DNA of 64,000 nucleotides, from NCBI GenBank assembly GCA_965214405.1, contig OZ243956.1, forward strand, positions 416,001-480,000, in the 5' to 3' direction. Positions within the stretch are counted from its first letter, which is position 1. Each line of letters begins with the position of its first letter. This document shows positions 10,383 through 20,121 of the stretch, piece after piece. A program made the translations under genes and the position numbers. The notes below the pieces were generated by a model that ran no database searches, was not told the DNA's origin, and saw only the letters and a program-made list of their open reading frames with translations. This DNA is from Trueperaceae bacterium (GTDB lineage Bacteria; Deinococcota; Deinococci; Deinococcales; Trueperaceae).

Positions 10383-11285
10383 TTACCAGCCTCGAGACGC
10401 CAGCAGTTCCTCTTCTTTTAGATCGGGGATGTTGATGCCGACCATCGCTTCGCCTAAGCTGCTCGAGACTTCGGCCAGGATGTCGGGATTGTCATAGTGC
10501 GTGACCGCCTTGACGATGGCCTGGCCGCGCTTGACGGGGTCGCCCGACTTGAAGATGCCCGAGCCGACGAAGACGCCGTCTAAGCCTAGCTGCATCATCA
10601 GCGCGGCGTCGGCAGGGGTCGCCACGCCGCCCGCGGCGAAGTTGACGACGGGGAGCTTGCCGTGTTCATGAACGTACAAGACGAATTCATAGGGCGCTCT
10701 GAGGTCGCGGGCGACGGTCATGAGTTCTTCGCGCGGCCTCGCCCGAATCTCGCGGATGCTGCCCAAGACGCTGCGCGCGTGCCGCACCGCCTCGACCACG
10801 TTGCCCGTGCCCGCCTCGCCCTTCGTGCGAATCATCGACGCGCCCTCGCCGATGCGCCGCAGCGCCTCACCCAGGTTCGTCGCGCCGCACACGAAGGGCA
10901 CGGTGAAGGCGTGTTTGTCGATGTGAAAACTCTCGTCGGCGGGCGTCAAGACTTCGGACTCGTCGACAAAGTCCACGCCCAAGGCCTGCAAAATCTGCCC
11001 CTCGACGAAGTGGCCGATGCGCGCTTTTGCCATGACCGGGATCGAAACCGCCTCGATAATGCCGGAAACCATCTCCGGGTCGCTCATGCGCGCCACGCCG
11101 CCGTGCGCGCGGATGTCAGCGGGCACGCGCTCTAAAGCCATGACCGCGGTGGCCCCCGCGTCCTCGGCGATCCTCGCCTGCTCGGGCGTGACCACGTCCA
11201 TGATGACGCCGCCCTTAAACATTTCCGCAAAGCCCGTTTTGACGCGCAAGCTACCCACGGTTGTTTCTTGAACTTCTTGCACCAT
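10383..11285 (-). CDS. pdxS: Pyridoxal 5'-phosphate synthase lyase subunit
   Basis: [52 protein letters not shown]. Confidence 0.97.
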   Translation of the reverse strand: MVQEVQETTVGSLRVKTGFAEMFKGGVIMDVVTPEQARIAEDAGATAVMALERVPADIRAHGGVARMSDPEMVSGIIEAVSIPVMAKARIGHFVEGQILQALGVDFVDESEVLTPADESFHIDKHAFTVPFVCGATNLGEALRRIGEGASMIRTKGEAGTGNVVEAVRHARSVLGSIREIRARPREELMTVARDLRAPYEFVLYVHEHGKLPVVNFAAGGVATPADAALMMQLGLDGVFVGSGIFKSGDPVKRGQAIVKAVTHYDNPDILAEVSSSLGEAMVGINIPDLKEEELLASRGW

Positions 11286-11546
11286 TCCTCCTTTTTGGAC
11301 ACTGAGTCAGGTAAGTTGAGCGTTACCTGGTCTGGTCTTCATGACCTCATCATAAATGAAATTTTGTAACAGAAGCGTAGCTGTCAACGAACATGTGATT
11401 TGCTTTACGCTTCTCGAGCCTCCGTCAAACAAGAAAAAGGGTTTTGCGCCGCTTTAAGGGTCCGTGCAAAGTCCGTACATCCGTACAAAGGTCCGTATAA
11501 AGCTCTCGTCCAAGAACAGAGGCGGCTTCAAGGACTACAATGGGCT

Positions 11547-12320
11547 ATGGCAACCACCTACTCGAGCTACCTCCACTTAGACGAACTCCTGAGCCTCCAG
11601 AAACCTGAGTCGCCCGGCCCCGAGCACGACGAAATGCTCTTTATCGTTATCCACCAAACCTATGAACTCTGGTTCAAACAGCTCCTGCACGAGCTCGACT
11701 TTCTGACCGCGCGCTTACGAGTGAATGACGTCCCGCGCGCGCTGGGGACCCTACGGCGGATGCTGACGATTCTCAAGACGGTGGTGGCGCAGGTGGACGT
11801 GTTGGAGACGATGACGCCCTTGGAGTTCAACAGCTTCCGTGACGCGCTGGACACGGCGAGCGGGTTTCAGTCGGCGCAGTTTCGGGCGCTCGAGTTCGCC
11901 CTGGGCTACAAGCGCCGGGGGATGCTCAAGCATTACGAGGGACCCTTGAGGGAGGCGCTCGAGGCGCGTTTCGAGGCCCCCACGCTCTGGGACGCCTTTT
12001 TGCACCTGCTCAGTCTCAACGGTTACGAGGTGCCCTTACCGCTTTTAGAGAGAGATGTGCGGGAGGCGGTGACGCCCTCGAGAGAGGTGCAGGCCATCCT
12101 CATCGACATCTACCGCCACAACCCCGACCTGTCGCGCGTCCCCGAGCGCATGGTGGATTTTGACGAGGGGATGCAGGAGTGGCGTTACCGTCACGTCAAG
12201 ATGGTCGAGCGGACCATCGGCGCGAAAGTGGGCACAGGCGGCTCATCCGGCGCAAGCTACCTCATGACCACGCTCAAACCGCTCTTCCCCGACCTGTGGG
12301 CGATTCGCTCCGAGCTTTGA
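11547..12320 (+). CDS. kynA: Tryptophan 2,3-dioxygenase
   Basis: YSSYLHLDELL, HDEMLFIVIHQTYELWFK, SGFQSAQFR, WRYRH, GTGGSSG; start at ATG 11547, 5 nt after TACAAT. Confidence 0.93.
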   Translation: MATTYSSYLHLDELLSLQKPESPGPEHDEMLFIVIHQTYELWFKQLLHELDFLTARLRVNDVPRALGTLRRMLTILKTVVAQVDVLETMTPLEFNSFRDALDTASGFQSAQFRALEFALGYKRRGMLKHYEGPLREALEARFEAPTLWDAFLHLLSLNGYEVPLPLLERDVREAVTPSREVQAILIDIYRHNPDLSRVPERMVDFDEGMQEWRYRHVKMVERTIGAKVGTGGSSGASYLMTTLKPLFPDLWAIRSEL

Positions 12321-12328
12321 CAGGAGAC

Positions 12329-13612
12329 ATGATGGCAAGAACCGACGCAATAAAAACCAGCAGGGCTCACGCTCTAACCCTCGACGCCGAGGACGCGCTC
12401 GCCCCCTTTCGAGAACGCTTCGTCATCGCCGACCCTAAGCTTATCTACCTGGACGGCAACTCGCTCGGGCGGCTCCCTAAGGCGACCGCCGCCCGCGCCG
12501 ACAGGCTCATCCATAAGGAGTGGGGCGAAAGGCTCATCCGAAGCTGGAACGAAGGCTGGCTGGACGCGCCCGCGCGCATTGGGGCCAAAATTGCCCAGCT
12601 CATCGGCGCGCAACCTGATGAAGTCATCATGGCGGACTCGACCTCCGTCAACCTCTTCAAGCTCGTCGTGGCGGCGCTTCGTAAACAAAAAGGCCGCACC
12701 CGCATCCTCAGCGACGACCTCAACTTCCCCTCCGACGTGTACGTCGTGCAGGGGGCAGTGGACGTGTTGGGGGGTGAGCATTCGCTCGAGCTCCTCCCCT
12801 CCCCCGACGATATCCACGGCCCCGTTGACGCTCTAAAAGAAGCTTTGGATGAAAGAACCGCGCTCCTGACGCTGTCTCACACGGTTTACAAGAGCGGCTA
12901 CGTTTACGACATGGCCTCTCTAAGCGCCGCCGCGCGCGAGGCGGGCGCGCTCTCGCTCTGGGACCTCAGTCACTCGGTGGGCGCGGTGCCGGTGGACCTA
13001 AACGCGGCGGGGGCCGACCTCGCGGTGGGTTGCACGTACAAGTATCTTAACGGCGGCCCCGGCGCACCCGCTTTTTTGTATGTGCGGCGCGACCTGCAAG
13101 AGGAGCTAGGCAACCCCATCACCGGCTGGATGGGACAAAAGGGGATGTTCGATTTTGGCCTCGCTTACAAGCCGGAAACGGGGCTGCGCCGCTTTTTGAC
13201 GGGCACGCCGACGGTCGCCTCGCTCGCGCTGGTCGAGCCGGGCGTGGAGATGCTGCTCGAGGCCGGAATGGAGCGCGTGCGGGCGAAGTCCGTACAGCAA
13301 ACGGAATACCTCATTGCTTTGTGGGAAACATTACTCGCCCCCGTCGGCTTCTCGCTCAACTCGCCCCGCGACGCGCAGCACCGCGGCTCGCACGTGTCGC
13401 TCGGGCACGCGCAGGGGCTGGGGATTGACTTAGCGATGATTCGGGACATGAACGTCATCCCCGACTTCCGCCCGCCCGACAACATCCGCTTAGGGATTGC
13501 GCCCCTCTACACGTCGTTTAGCGACCTCCACACCGCCGTCACCCGGATGCGGCAGATAGTCACCGACGGACTTTTCGAGCCTTACGCCGCCGAAGCGCCC
13601 GTGGTGACGTGA
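12329..13612 (+). CDS. kynU: Kynureninase
   Basis: IYLDGNSLG, WDLSHSVGA and the GCTYKYLNGGPG PLP motif; AGGAG RBS before ATG 12329. Confidence 0.93.
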   Translation: MMARTDAIKTSRAHALTLDAEDALAPFRERFVIADPKLIYLDGNSLGRLPKATAARADRLIHKEWGERLIRSWNEGWLDAPARIGAKIAQLIGAQPDEVIMADSTSVNLFKLVVAALRKQKGRTRILSDDLNFPSDVYVVQGAVDVLGGEHSLELLPSPDDIHGPVDALKEALDERTALLTLSHTVYKSGYVYDMASLSAAAREAGALSLWDLSHSVGAVPVDLNAAGADLAVGCTYKYLNGGPGAPAFLYVRRDLQEELGNPITGWMGQKGMFDFGLAYKPETGLRRFLTGTPTVASLALVEPGVEMLLEAGMERVRAKSVQQTEYLIALWETLLAPVGFSLNSPRDAQHRGSHVSLGHAQGLGIDLAMIRDMNVIPDFRPPDNIRLGIAPLYTSFSDLHTAVTRMRQIVTDGLFEPYAAEAPVVT

Positions 13613-13622
13613 GGTGACGTGA

Positions 13623-14468
13623 ATGCTTGACCCAAACAGCACGCCCAAGCTCCTCACCTCGCAAGACCTCGAGCGCCTGCCCGTCTACCCGCCGGACCAC
13701 CGCCTGCCTTACGGCGAGGACGCGCAATTTGCTGACCTCTACCTCCCCGACGGGGCTGACAGGACGGGGCCGCACCCCGTCGTCGTCCTCATCCACGGGG
13801 GCTGCTGGCGAGCGAAGTACGGGCTCGAGCACCTAAGCCCCCTTGCCAAGGCGTTAGCGGCCGAGGGGGTGGCGGTGTGGAGCCTCGAGTACCGCCGCTT
13901 AGGCAGCGGCGGCGGCTGGCCCCATACCTTTTTAGACGTGGCCGCGGGCGCGGACCTTTTACGCGACGTAGCCGACACGTACGCGCTCGACCTCTCACGC
14001 GTCGTCACCGCCGGACATTCGGCGGGCGGACACCTGGCGCTCTGGCTGGCGGGCCGCCACCGCCTGCCGCGTAACGGTGACTTGTGGACCCCCAACCCGC
14101 TCCGGGTGCGGGGCGCGGTGTCGCTCGCAGGTATTCCTGACTTGGGGGAGGCCTTGGCGCAAGGCGTTTGTAAGGAAGCGGCGGGTGAACTGCTCGGGGG
14201 GAGCCCCGACACGGTGCCGGAGCGCTACGCCCAGGGCTCACCCGCGCGGCTCCTCCCGCTGGGTGTGCCCCAACATCTTTTAAGCGGCGACCGTGATGAG
14301 ATTGTCCCGGCGGCGTACGCTCATCCGTATGCGGAGGCGGCTGAGGCGCACGGCGACACGGTAACCTGGACGCTCCTGCCCAACGCGGGCCACTTTGAAC
14401 TCGTCATACCGGGGAGCATTGTTTGGGAGAGGGTGAGGGGGGTGGTGCTCGAGCTCCTGCACGCGTAA
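13623..14468 (+). CDS. Alpha/beta hydrolase, probable kynurenine formamidase (non-KynB type)
   Basis: HGGCW oxyanion motif, GHSAG nucleophile elbow, D and GHF triad residues; 10 nt downstream of kynU. Confidence 0.7.
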   Translation: MLDPNSTPKLLTSQDLERLPVYPPDHRLPYGEDAQFADLYLPDGADRTGPHPVVVLIHGGCWRAKYGLEHLSPLAKALAAEGVAVWSLEYRRLGSGGGWPHTFLDVAAGADLLRDVADTYALDLSRVVTAGHSAGGHLALWLAGRHRLPRNGDLWTPNPLRVRGAVSLAGIPDLGEALAQGVCKEAAGELLGGSPDTVPERYAQGSPARLLPLGVPQHLLSGDRDEIVPAAYAHPYAEAAEAHGDTVTWTLLPNAGHFELVIPGSIVWERVRGVVLELLHA

Positions 14469-14611
14469 ACTGCAATCATCCCGCAGTTCTAACTTTGAGA
14501 GGTTGTTTGGGTCACGGCAAAAATCTGCCAAGCATCTCTCGAACGTTTATCAGCAGGGGGAGTGAAAGCAGTGACTGGTTCTTTCTCAATCCTTTTTGCC
14601 AAAGATTAAAG

Positions 14612-14634
14612 TGAGCCGAAAGACGCTCGGCTCA
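14612..14634 (-). terminator. Terminator hairpin downstream of the small peptide gene
   Basis: TGAGCCGA-N7-TCGGCTCA, followed on the minus strand by CTTTAATCTTT. Confidence 0.55.
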
Positions 14635-14653
14635 TCTCAACGGATGTTAGAAA

Positions 14654-14794
14654 CTATTTGCCAGCAGGAACACCAGTGCTAACGGTGAAACCGGTGCTAA
14701 CAGTGAAACCGTTGCCGACTTTCGCGGGTGCCGCAAAGGCGGACGTAGCGGCAAGCGACAGAACCAGAGCGAGTGCGAGCGCAACTTTTTTCAT
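14654..14794 (-). CDS. 46-aa secreted peptide with a duplicated GFTVST hexapeptide
   Basis: AAGGAG RBS 5 nt before ATG 14794; MKK + hydrophobic core + AFA signal peptide; internal 18-bp repeat differs only at synonymous positions; own terminator. Confidence 0.8.
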   Translation of the reverse strand: MKKVALALALVLSLAATSAFAAPAKVGNGFTVSTGFTVSTGVPAGK

Positions 14795-14982
14795 GTAAAC
14801 TCCTTTTCTTATGCTGTTTCTTATACTGTAATTTTCTTGGACACACAAGGTTGAGCTACCGCTTGACCTCATTCTTAACCGGCGTCTTCGGTTATGAGCG
14901 TCACTCAGAAATGTAGACCAACACAAAAGTTTTCGCTGAGGAATTTCTCTCATTTATTGGATTGATGAGAAATTTTCGTGCT

Positions 14983-15258
14983 CTAACGCGCGGCAGGTTC
15001 GATTAGACCCAACCCAGGGCTTTCGCTGAAAAGGGCCAGGATGAGCCGCCGCGCTTCTCCTTCCGCCTCTTTTAGCCCCGCCCTTTCAAGGACCCGCACG
15101 CTTTCCCCCCGATAATGGGTGAGCAGAAGCCGGTAACCTTGTCCCTGCGGTTCAACACGCACCGTCACGTTTCCTACACGAACCCTATGAACTTCGGTGA
15201 AGCCGTTAAAGAAGGTGATCCAGGGGAGGGTTGCTAAGTCGCCAAAAATCATGCTCAC
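14983..15258 (-). CDS. Hypothetical protein (91 aa)
   Basis: ORF with TACACT 6 nt before the GTG, matching the leaderless pattern seen elsewhere in the window; no recognised domain. Confidence 0.55.
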   Translation of the reverse strand: MSMIFGDLATLPWITFFNGFTEVHRVRVGNVTVRVEPQGQGYRLLLTHYRGESVRVLERAGLKEAEGEARRLILALFSESPGLGLIEPAAR

Positions 15259-15352
15259 AGATGTAGTGTAGCCGAATCAAGCCGAGAACCCCGCACAACG
15301 CTCACTTCCGACCGTAAGAATTTTGTAAGGACTCGAGGTGCATAGTGCGGTC

Positions 15353-16288
15353 ATGAGCGTTTCTCTTTCACAGGCACCGTCGCACCCGGCTGTTCGCCAG
15401 AAGGGGGCGTGTTTAGAAAATGTAACCACACATTTTGGAACAATTCGCCTCCTCGGGACATCCTCCTCAACGGAAGTCATTGAGGTGACGTTGCAAGCCA
15501 ATAATCGTTTAATCATAGTACCTACAGGAACTGCACTCGAAGTCTATTATGTTCTTTCGGGTTGCCTCCAGTACACCCTGAACGGAGCTTTACACCGTAT
15601 TGGACCCGGCCAACACATTATAGTTGAAAACATAGACGCACCTCTTACCCTAAACTCGTTGACTACTGCCAATCTTCTTGTTACATCTTCACAACCACAG
15701 TTCTACCAAATCTCTCATAATTTTGAAGAACTAGCCCAGCTTGCCATCGAAATAGAAATGAAAGACGGCTACACCGCCGACCACTGCCGCAGACTCCAGC
15801 GCCTAAGTTACGCCACAGGCCAACAGTTGGGTTTGTCGCAAACCGAACTCTACCGGCTCGACTTTGGTTCGCTTCTTCATGATATAGGCAAGATTGAAGT
15901 GCCTGTAGAGATTTTGCAAAAGCCGGGCAAGCTCACCCCCGGAGAGTGGGAACGCGTCAAACAGCACCCCTCACTGGGCCGCGAGATGCTCGCCACAACG
16001 CACGTGAAAGAGGCGGGTATCGTCGTCGAGCAGCACCACGAGCGCCTGGACGGCTCGGGCTACCCTTACGGCCTCTCCGGCAAGGACATCCTCACCGAGG
16101 CCTATATCGTGGCCGTGGCCGACACCTTCGACGCCATGACCACCGACCGTCCTTACCGCAAGGCGCTGTCCGACGAAGTGGCTTTTGAGGAAATCCGGAA
16201 ATATGCGGGCGTCCACTATCCCAGAGAAGTGGTTGACGCGTTTTTCGAAGCGGTCGATGTGCTTGGGGAAAAGGCTCGAGCCGCCTGA
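15353..16288 (+). CDS. HD-GYP phosphodiesterase with N-terminal cupin-like domain
   Basis: YTADHC, LHDIGK, HHERLDGSGYPYGL, VAVADTFDAMTTDRPYR; N-terminal EVYYVLSG...IGPGQ cupin pattern; CATAGT 6 nt before ATG 15353. Confidence 0.88.
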   Translation: MSVSLSQAPSHPAVRQKGACLENVTTHFGTIRLLGTSSSTEVIEVTLQANNRLIIVPTGTALEVYYVLSGCLQYTLNGALHRIGPGQHIIVENIDAPLTLNSLTTANLLVTSSQPQFYQISHNFEELAQLAIEIEMKDGYTADHCRRLQRLSYATGQQLGLSQTELYRLDFGSLLHDIGKIEVPVEILQKPGKLTPGEWERVKQHPSLGREMLATTHVKEAGIVVEQHHERLDGSGYPYGLSGKDILTEAYIVAVADTFDAMTTDRPYRKALSDEVAFEEIRKYAGVHYPREVVDAFFEAVDVLGEKARAA

Positions 16289-16542
16289 ATACAGCCACAC
16301 ATCACTTGAAGCGCTCGAGCCCCTACGAAACTTTCACCCCTGTAAATTTACAAACTGGTTTCTGCTGCATTACAGCAAAACAAAATCTCTTACGTCTTAT
16401 TATTTCTGGTTGGTGAGCTCGAGCGCCACCAAAACAGGCCCGAAATCCTCCTCCGTCTGCATCTGCCCGCACGTATTTTGTCTGCGCGTACAAAGACGCC
16501 CCGCAAAAACGGGTGTAAGATAACGGCTGAGACCGAGGTGAA

Positions 16543-17634
16543 ATGGAAGAGAAGCTTCTAAAAGCGGTAGACGGGGCGCGGGAGGCTGGTGAGCGCCTCG
16601 CCCTGGCGACGGTGGTGCGTATCAAGGGCTCGGCCTACCGCCGCGAGGGCGCGAAGATGCTCGTGACCGAGGGGGGCAGGCAGGTCTGCATGATTTCGGG
16701 GGGCTGTTTGGAGGGCGAGGTCGGCGAAATCGCGCGGCGCGTCATCCAAACAGGCGAGCCTTCCCTGCACGCGTTTGATCTGGATGAGGACGTGGTGTGG
16801 GGCTTGGGTCTCGGCTGCGGCGGCTCGGTAGACGTCTATATCGAACCGTTTGATGAACGTGAGGCGCACGCGGCGTGGTGGAGGGTGCTCCGGGAGAATC
16901 GGGCGGGCGCGCTGGCGACGGTTCTGGGAAGCGCAACGGGCGGTGTGCCAAGAACAGCGCGCATGTTTATTGGCGAGGCGGGCGAAACGCTCGGGAACTT
17001 GGGGGATGCAGGGCTCGAGCGTACCCTCACCACCTGGGCAGAAGAGAAGCTGGCGCAGCTCTACCCCCGCGCCGAGACGCGCCGCTTTACCCTGGATGAC
17101 GGTGAGGCGGAGGTGTTTTTGGACGTGACCACGCCGCCCTTAGAGCTCACGCTTTTCGGCGCGGGGCACGACGCGATCCCGCTGGCCCGCTACGCGCACG
17201 ACCTAGGCTTCCGCGTGAGCGTTGTGGACGCGCGGCCCGCTTTTTTGACGCCCGAGCGTTTCCCCGGCGCGACGCTTGTGCGCGCGCATCCCTCGAGCTT
17301 TAAGGAGCGCGTAGAGGTTGGCCCGCGCTCTCACCTCGTGGTGATGAACCATCACTTAGAACGCGACACGGCGAGTTTGGGCTTTGCACTTTCCTCCCCC
17401 GCGCCTTATATCGGCGTGCTCGGGCCGCGCTCGCGGTTTGAAAAGATGTTGGGCGCGCTCGAGGACGCGCCCGCAGCAGACGAACGGGTCCATAACCCCA
17501 TCGGCGTGGACGTGGGGGCGGAAGCGCCCGAGGAGGTCGCGGTAAGTATCGTCGCGGAACTTCTCGCGGTGCGGGGCGGCTACGAGGCGGGCTTTTTGAA
17601 AGACCGTGACGGGCGCATTCACGTTCATGCGTAG
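16543..17634 (+). CDS. xdhC: XdhC/CoxI family molybdoenzyme accessory protein
   Basis: GSAYRREGAKM, ISGGCLE, GLGCGG, FGAGHDA, YIGVLG, PEEVAVSI. Confidence 0.88.
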   Translation: MEEKLLKAVDGAREAGERLALATVVRIKGSAYRREGAKMLVTEGGRQVCMISGGCLEGEVGEIARRVIQTGEPSLHAFDLDEDVVWGLGLGCGGSVDVYIEPFDEREAHAAWWRVLRENRAGALATVLGSATGGVPRTARMFIGEAGETLGNLGDAGLERTLTTWAEEKLAQLYPRAETRRFTLDDGEAEVFLDVTTPPLELTLFGAGHDAIPLARYAHDLGFRVSVVDARPAFLTPERFPGATLVRAHPSSFKERVEVGPRSHLVVMNHHLERDTASLGFALSSPAPYIGVLGPRSRFEKMLGALEDAPAADERVHNPIGVDVGAEAPEEVAVSIVAELLAVRGGYEAGFLKDRDGRIHVHA

Positions 17635-17637
17635 CGC

Positions 17638-18234
17638 ATGACCGCCGCCGTCCTGCTCGCGGGGGGCGAGAGCCGCCGGATGGGGGGAGCTAAGCTCATG
17701 CTCGAGCTTGAAGGAAAGACGCTGCTCGCCAGGGCCGTTCACAAAACGCAAGAGGTTACGGACGTCACCATCGTCGTGGTGGGCGCTTACCCGGCGCTAT
17801 ACCGACACGAAGCCAAAGGGTGCGGCGCGCGCGTGGTTGAGAACCTGGCGTGGGAGGAGGGACTGGGCACCTCTGTAAGCGCCGGGATAACGGCCCTGCC
17901 GCCCGACACCGAGACCGCGCTTCTCGTTCTCCCCGACCAGCCCTTCGTGCCGGTCGCGCACTTAGCGGCGCTCGTCAAAGCTCATCAGGCCTCGAGCGCT
18001 CCCCTCGTTCTCTCGCGCTATAACGACGGCGCGTTGGGTGTGCCCACCCTCGTCCACCGGAGCCTGTTTGTGTACGCGCGGGCGCTGCGCGGTCGCTGCG
18101 GGGCCAAGGCGCTTCTTAAACATGCGAGTGATGTGGCGGAGGTTGGGCTTACCGCTCCCTTTGCCGTCGACATCGACACCCCGGAAGAGGCGGCGCGGTG
18201 GCTGGGAGTAGGCGATCAAAAGGCTGAAATTTGA
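17638..18234 (+). CDS. Molybdenum cofactor nucleotidyltransferase (MocA/MobA-like)
   Basis: LLAGGESRRMG, DQPFV, DIDTPE; 3 nt after xdhC. Confidence 0.82.
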   Translation: MTAAVLLAGGESRRMGGAKLMLELEGKTLLARAVHKTQEVTDVTIVVVGAYPALYRHEAKGCGARVVENLAWEEGLGTSVSAGITALPPDTETALLVLPDQPFVPVAHLAALVKAHQASSAPLVLSRYNDGALGVPTLVHRSLFVYARALRGRCGAKALLKHASDVAEVGLTAPFAVDIDTPEEAARWLGVGDQKAEI

Positions 18235-18293
18235 GAGAAATATTTTAACCCATTACCCTGTGACGACTGAACGCTACTTCTTTTCTTCGAACC

Positions 18294-19180
18294 AGTCTAA
18301 GAACTCCCTTTGGGTGCATAAGCTACCAGTGCAGTAGTACCCGCAAGCAGATGAGGATAGCCGAGACGGTGGCGTAAGCAAGGTAATGTTCCGCTTTACG
18401 CTCGTAACGCACCACCAGCCCTCGGAAGTTGTCTTGCCAAGCGTTGACCCGCTCGACTTGCCAACGCCTTTTACTGGCCGGGTACAGCTTCGGCTTTGGC
18501 CCCTTCTGACGACGCTTGCCTCTTCTCTTTCTTTCGGGTACGGAAGCGCGGATGCCCCGAGCCCGCAGAGACTGCCGGAGGTCACGACTGTCGTAGGCTC
18601 TGTCCATAGCAACTTCTAAAAGTCGGGTTTTGGGACGCCCTCGCCCCGCTTTAGGAACACGTATCTTCGCAAGAACATCAAGAGCCACACTTGATTCGGC
18701 GGTGCTGGCGCTTGCCAGAGACAAAGCGACCGGAATGCCGTGGGCCTCGCTGGCGACCATCAAGGTAGAGCCTTTCCCTTTGCGTCCGTAGTCGATGCGG
18801 TCGCCCCCCTTTTTGCAGGGACAAAGCTCCCATCTAGCGCGCCCTCGTCGAGGCTGAGTTTCCCCTTCTTGTCGAGTATCCCCAGGAGTTTCTGGAAAAG
18901 CTCCTCCCACACCCCTTCTTCCGTCCAGCGCCTCAGCCAGTAGTAGACGGTACTACGTGCAGCATACGCCTCTATTCTCGGGAGGTCTTTGTACCTTACC
19001 CCCGTCTTGAGCCGGTAGATGACGCTGTTCAGCACCTCTCTATCGTGTTCCCGGCGGCGTCCGGTAGAGGGTTGTGGAGGAAGCAGCGGTTCGAGAACCT
19101 CCCACTGCTCATTGGTGAGTTTGGTATCGCTCATAGCTCTAAGCTATTCACCTACTCAAACTTTTATGCGTTCTTGGACT
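18294..19180 (-). mobile_element. IS5-family insertion sequence (two-ORF, frameshift type)
   Basis: Imperfect terminal inverted repeats AGTCTAAGAAC (18294-18304) and GTTCTTGGACT (19170-19180) enclose the transposase ORFs. Confidence 0.75.
18323..19134 (-). CDS. IS5-family transposase, orfA (19134-18760) + orfB (to 18323), joined by a -1 frameshift
   Basis: OrfA: LTNEQWEVLEPLLP, RLKTG, RRWTEEGVW. OrfB: DRAYDS, RWQVER, VRYER. A5G6 slippery run at 18804-18814. Confidence 0.85.
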
Positions 19181-20046
19181 ACTTCATGTCTTCTGACGCG
19201 CTCCACAATTTCGGGAAAGCTCATAACCCCTGAAAGTGAATGGTAAACATGCTGATGGTCAAGTAGGACGATAGGTGTTCTATCTTTTGATGCTTCTCTT
19301 ACCGCACCCGAATTAAAACCAGACATAGATAGAAATATGCCCATAGTGTTATCAGCTTTTGTCGTGACTTTTCGAATAAAGGTGTCTATATCAGGAGAGC
19401 CTACTTGTGTACTTGTAAACTTCAACTCAATTAGATATGTTGTACCAGTAAGAGTAACAGAACCATCAATTTGCCTGCCGTCAGTATTGTAGGGACGCCT
19501 ACACGAAACCTCATAGAAGTCTAGGAAATCGTAAAACCATTTTTGAAACTTGTAGCCACCCTCCTGCGTGCCTAACTCGGGAAACAACGTGGTAAGCCTG
19601 TTATTTAGGTCCTCCAAAGAGTTCTGGCGAATTCTGGCTTTCTTTTGAAACTCAAGATAACGTTCTCTAGCCTCTTTTCGTTGCTTCTCATCTTCAATCT
19701 GTTTTTCTTGTTCTGCAATGTAGCTTGCAAGATTTTTGACACTTCGCTTAGCATCAATGATTTTCTCTTTGGAATTTTCCCATCCTTCTAAATCAGGAAA
19801 AAGCTTCTGTTCAACCAGAGCTCTAGCCATCCGTGCAAAGATAGCTTCTCGTGACTCGCTATTTTTCAATTTATCAAAAAGCCGCTCCAAAACCTCGCGT
19901 TTAGTTTCCTCTTGAAGGGAACTAAGAAAAGTGTTAGAAACGCCAACTTCACCCAGAAACCTACGCAGTGCAGACTTGCGCCAGAAGGATTTCAAAGTGG
20001 CTTCAAATAACAAGTCAATAAAATGTGGAGTGATTTTAGACTTCAT
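19156..20046 (-). CDS. Restriction-endonuclease-like protein (PD-(D/E)xK, Mrr-like C-terminal domain); 3' end supplied by the IS
   Basis: QIDG...IELK motif, GIFLSMSGF; AT-rich relative to neighbours; last codons fall inside the IS end. Confidence 0.72.
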   Translation of the reverse strand: MKSKITPHFIDLLFEATLKSFWRKSALRRFLGEVGVSNTFLSSLQEETKREVLERLFDKLKNSESREAIFARMARALVEQKLFPDLEGWENSKEKIIDAKRSVKNLASYIAEQEKQIEDEKQRKEARERYLEFQKKARIRQNSLEDLNNRLTTLFPELGTQEGGYKFQKWFYDFLDFYEVSCRRPYNTDGRQIDGSVTLTGTTYLIELKFTSTQVGSPDIDTFIRKVTTKADNTMGIFLSMSGFNSGAVREASKDRTPIVLLDHQHVYHSLSGVMSFPEIVERVRRHEVVQERIKV

Positions 20047-20121
20047 CTCTCCGAAGTATCCGAAAAAGCATCATTAATTATTGTAACACTGAAGCCCTCG
20101 AGCCCCCTATCTCCTCTTACC

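Noticed and set aside
14654..14794. RiPP precursor interpretation of the peptide
   Set aside because: No modifying enzymes or dedicated exporter nearby, and the leader is a typical Sec signal.
14795..14953. 99-aa extended version of the peptide ORF
   Set aside because: The RBS and signal peptide point to ATG 14794; the upstream extension looks non-coding.
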